In this document: positions 62,343 to 64,000 of the stretch, in pieces | Layout: the number at the start of each line of letters is the position of its first letter | How positions within the stretch are numbered: the stretch's first letter is position 1 | NCBI GenBank assembly: GCA_050250555.1 | Contig: JBFWOK010000002.1 | Location: 8,053-72,052 of the forward strand | Reading direction: 5' to 3' | Origin: Limisphaerales bacterium | Lineage (GTDB): Bacteria; Verrucomicrobiota; Verrucomicrobiia; Limisphaerales; CAIMTB01 | DNA length: 64,000 nucleotides | Notes under the pieces: model-generated | What the model was told of the DNA's origin: nothing | The model's input: the letters and a program-made list of their open reading frames with translations, nothing else | Database searches by the model: none | Translations under genes and position numbers: made by a program

Positions 62343-64000
62343 TCAGGGCGGACCAAAGTCGTCGGCTTCGGCATCGATCACGATCCGGTAAAACCTGGAC
62401 GCCTCGGACTCACGCGGATCGAAAACCTGATTGGCGATCCCGACGAAATCGCCCCCGCCCGCTGGCTCGAGACCTGTGAACCGCAACCCGTCGAACGAAT
62501 CCCGGAAACTCAACCAATCCTTCCACCCGCTCAGATCTTCGCTGACCTGGATTCTCCCGGCCCGCCCTTGAAGTCCCCACAAGACGATCTGCCGAGCCCG
62601 AGAAGGAAGGTCCGAAGGGAAGTACTCCGTCGCCGCGTCGGGAACTTCGAGGAATCCCGGAAACACGGCCCCCATCCCGTTCCTGCGCGGCACGGACCAT
62701 CGAAGCTTTCCCAGAGCGCCAGCGCGCCGAACGAGGCGGAAATGGTTGGGGACGACCTCGACCAATTCGCTCGGGTCGACGACCTGCGCGAGCGCCAACC
62801 GGTCAACCCAGGATCCGTCCCCTTCCTCGTGAACCCGCTCGATCCCGATGCGAGACCGGACATCACCCGCCGGCTCCGTGGACACATTCTCGACCGACGG
62901 TGCGACGCGCAGGTCTTCGAGTTCGTCGCCCCAGGCCTCACGGACCGCCTGCACCGGCCACCCGGCCTCGGTCACGATCGACCCGTCGTCCTGGCGGCGA
63001 AACCGTCCGGACCGCGTCAGCAGCCGTTCGCCTTCCGGAGTGCGCACCAGGAAGAAGCCCGATCCCGCGATCGCCACCCACATCGGGGAATCAGCCGGCT
63101 CGATCGGCCTTTGAACGAATCTCGACCGATGGTTCAGCGCCTTGAGCGTGGCTTCATCCAGGCAGGCTGGGTCGACCCGCCCACTGCGAATCCAGGTCGG
63201 TCCAACGGCTTCGGAACCGGGAAAAGGCCCCAGCTTGACGCGTCCCAGGCGGACAATCCCTCCGTCGGCCCCATACGCCGTCACGAAACCGTGCCCGTCG
63301 ATCGACGCCGTCTCGGCCATGAGCATCGTATCGGATCCGAGACTCGAACCGCTGGACGCCATGGGAACTCGAAGGTCCCTCATGCCCGGGAATGGCGCTT
63401 CGCTGAATCCGCGAACCCGATATCCGCCGGTCAACGTCACGAGCCAACCCTCGGAGTCGATCTTGATCAGACCGTCGCGCGTCACAAACTCCTGATCGGT
63501 CGCAGGATCCCGCACGGTCAACCCGCCAGGCCCCTCCAAATGCACGCAAAGGAGCCGCGGCAAGAGCACGGGAACGGGTAGGACCGAACCTTCCCGTCGC
63601 CCAGCGGTGCGATCGAAGGTTCCCAAACTGAGCCCGGGCTGCGGCAATTCCAGAACCCCGTGCCGAAGCGTTCCCGCCCCTCCCTCCCCCGGTCCATGCA
63701 ACGACGGCAAATCGACGGGCCCACAGTCCGCGCAATCAAAATTCCAGTCGGAAATCCGCCGAAGCCGATCCGGACGCGCCGGCAGGACGACCCCGATCCG
63801 CGCCACGACTTCGACCGAACCGTCCGAGAACCCGCCAACGACTTCGCCGTTCGGTTCCACCTGGATCGACACCAGGATGCGACCCGCCGAATCGCCCCCA
63901 ATCCATCCCGGCCCCGGAAAGTTGATCGGCTCGGGTTCCTCATTGACCAGGGAAAAGCCCAACACCAAGCCTCCTTCGCCCGTGACCAGGTTCCCGTTCT
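62343..64000 (-). CDS. Hypothetical protein with flagellar hook/rod (FlgE/FlgF/FlgG)-like repeat motifs; 5' end outside the window
   Basis: The frame stays open upstream of the track start (63968) to the window edge (..[16 protein letters not shown]..). Repeated motifs resemble rod/hook proteins: [94 protein letters not shown], and [22 protein letters not shown]. It lacks the canonical C-terminal rod/hook helix. Confidence 0.55.
   Translation of the reverse strand, partial: NGNLVTGEGGLVLGFSLVNEEPEPINFPGPGWIGGDSAGRILVSIQVEPNGEVVGGFSDGSVEVVARIGVVLPARPDRLRRISDWNFDCADCGPVDLPSLHGPGEGGAGTLRHGVLELPQPGLSLGTFDRTAGRREGSVLPVPVLLPRLLCVHLEGPGGLTVRDPATDQEFVTRDGLIKIDSEGWLVTLTGGYRVRGFSEAPFPGMRDLRVPMASSGSSLGSDTMLMAETASIDGHGFVTAYGADGGIVRLGRVKLGPFPGSEAVGPTWIRSGRVDPACLDEATLKALNHRSRFVQRPIEPADSPMWVAIAGSGFFLVRTPEGERLLTRSGRFRRQDDGSIVTEAGWPVQAVREAWGDELEDLRVAPSVENVSTEPAGDVRSRIGIERVHEEGDGSWVDRLALAQVVDPSELVEVVPNHFRLVRRAGALGKLRWSVPRRNGMGAVFPGFLEVPDAATEYFPSDLPSRARQIVLWGLQGRAGRIQVSEDLSGWKDWLSFRDSFDGLRFTGLEPAGGGDFVGIANQVFDPRESEASRFYRIVIDAEADDFGPP

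Noticed and set aside
57605-63581. ORFs 57605..59155 +, 59713..60867 +, 61136..61978 + and 62079..63581 +
   Set aside because: They are antisense to the octaheme cytochrome, prepilin-like and Flg-like genes, and they are Arg/Pro/Gly-rich without motifs.
1-64000. tRNA, rRNA, tmRNA and known riboswitches
   Set aside because: Visual inspection found no cloverleaf-like T-arm consensus (ggttcgaatcc-type), rRNA segments or recognisable riboswitch cores in the intergenic regions. This is a weak negative; tRNAscan-SE/Infernal should confirm it.

Overview
High-GC (~65-70% by hand counts) chromosomal segment. It is most consistent with a PVC-superphylum genome, probably Verrucomicrobiota. Supporting signs: three H-X9-DG-type prepilin-like genes, a PVC-type membrane-bound dehydrogenase-like gene, multiheme cytochromes, and many exported glycan-active enzymes. 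I support about 49 protein-coding genes. These cover housekeeping (accA, argG, tilS, trmB, manA, an aspartate aminotransferase, ccsA), regulators (ECF sigma/anti-sigma/DUF4252, MerR-GyrI, Rrf2, a hybrid histidine kinase), a sialate O-acetylesterase plus BNR sialidase pair, and many hypothetical exported proteins. I saw no rRNA, tRNA, CRISPR array, integrase or transposase, but visual inspection is not exhaustive. The main hunt result is a compositionally foreign island at about 37.25-43.76 kb (~44-54% GC against 66-71% in the flanks). It carries three co-directional genes: an orphan 203-aa protein, a divergent PilT/VirB11/GspE-type ATPase, and a 1503-aa protein. The 1503-aa protein has tandem KaiC/RecA-like ATPase domains (the second with a degenerate Walker A) and a C-terminal region that resembles a periplasmic solute-binding fold but has no signal peptide. 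I do not recognise this gene triad as any named system. A TIR-TM-WD40 gene lies 3.5 kb away and is translationally coupled to an unknown exported protein. Several families of intergenic palindromic repeats are present; I nickname one the CACGGAG-hairpin family, and others look MITE-like. Many true starts are GTG/ATG codons in 4-nt overlaps (GTGA/ATGA), so the longest-ORF track over-extends them. All functional calls come from motif recognition in the translations; no database search was run.
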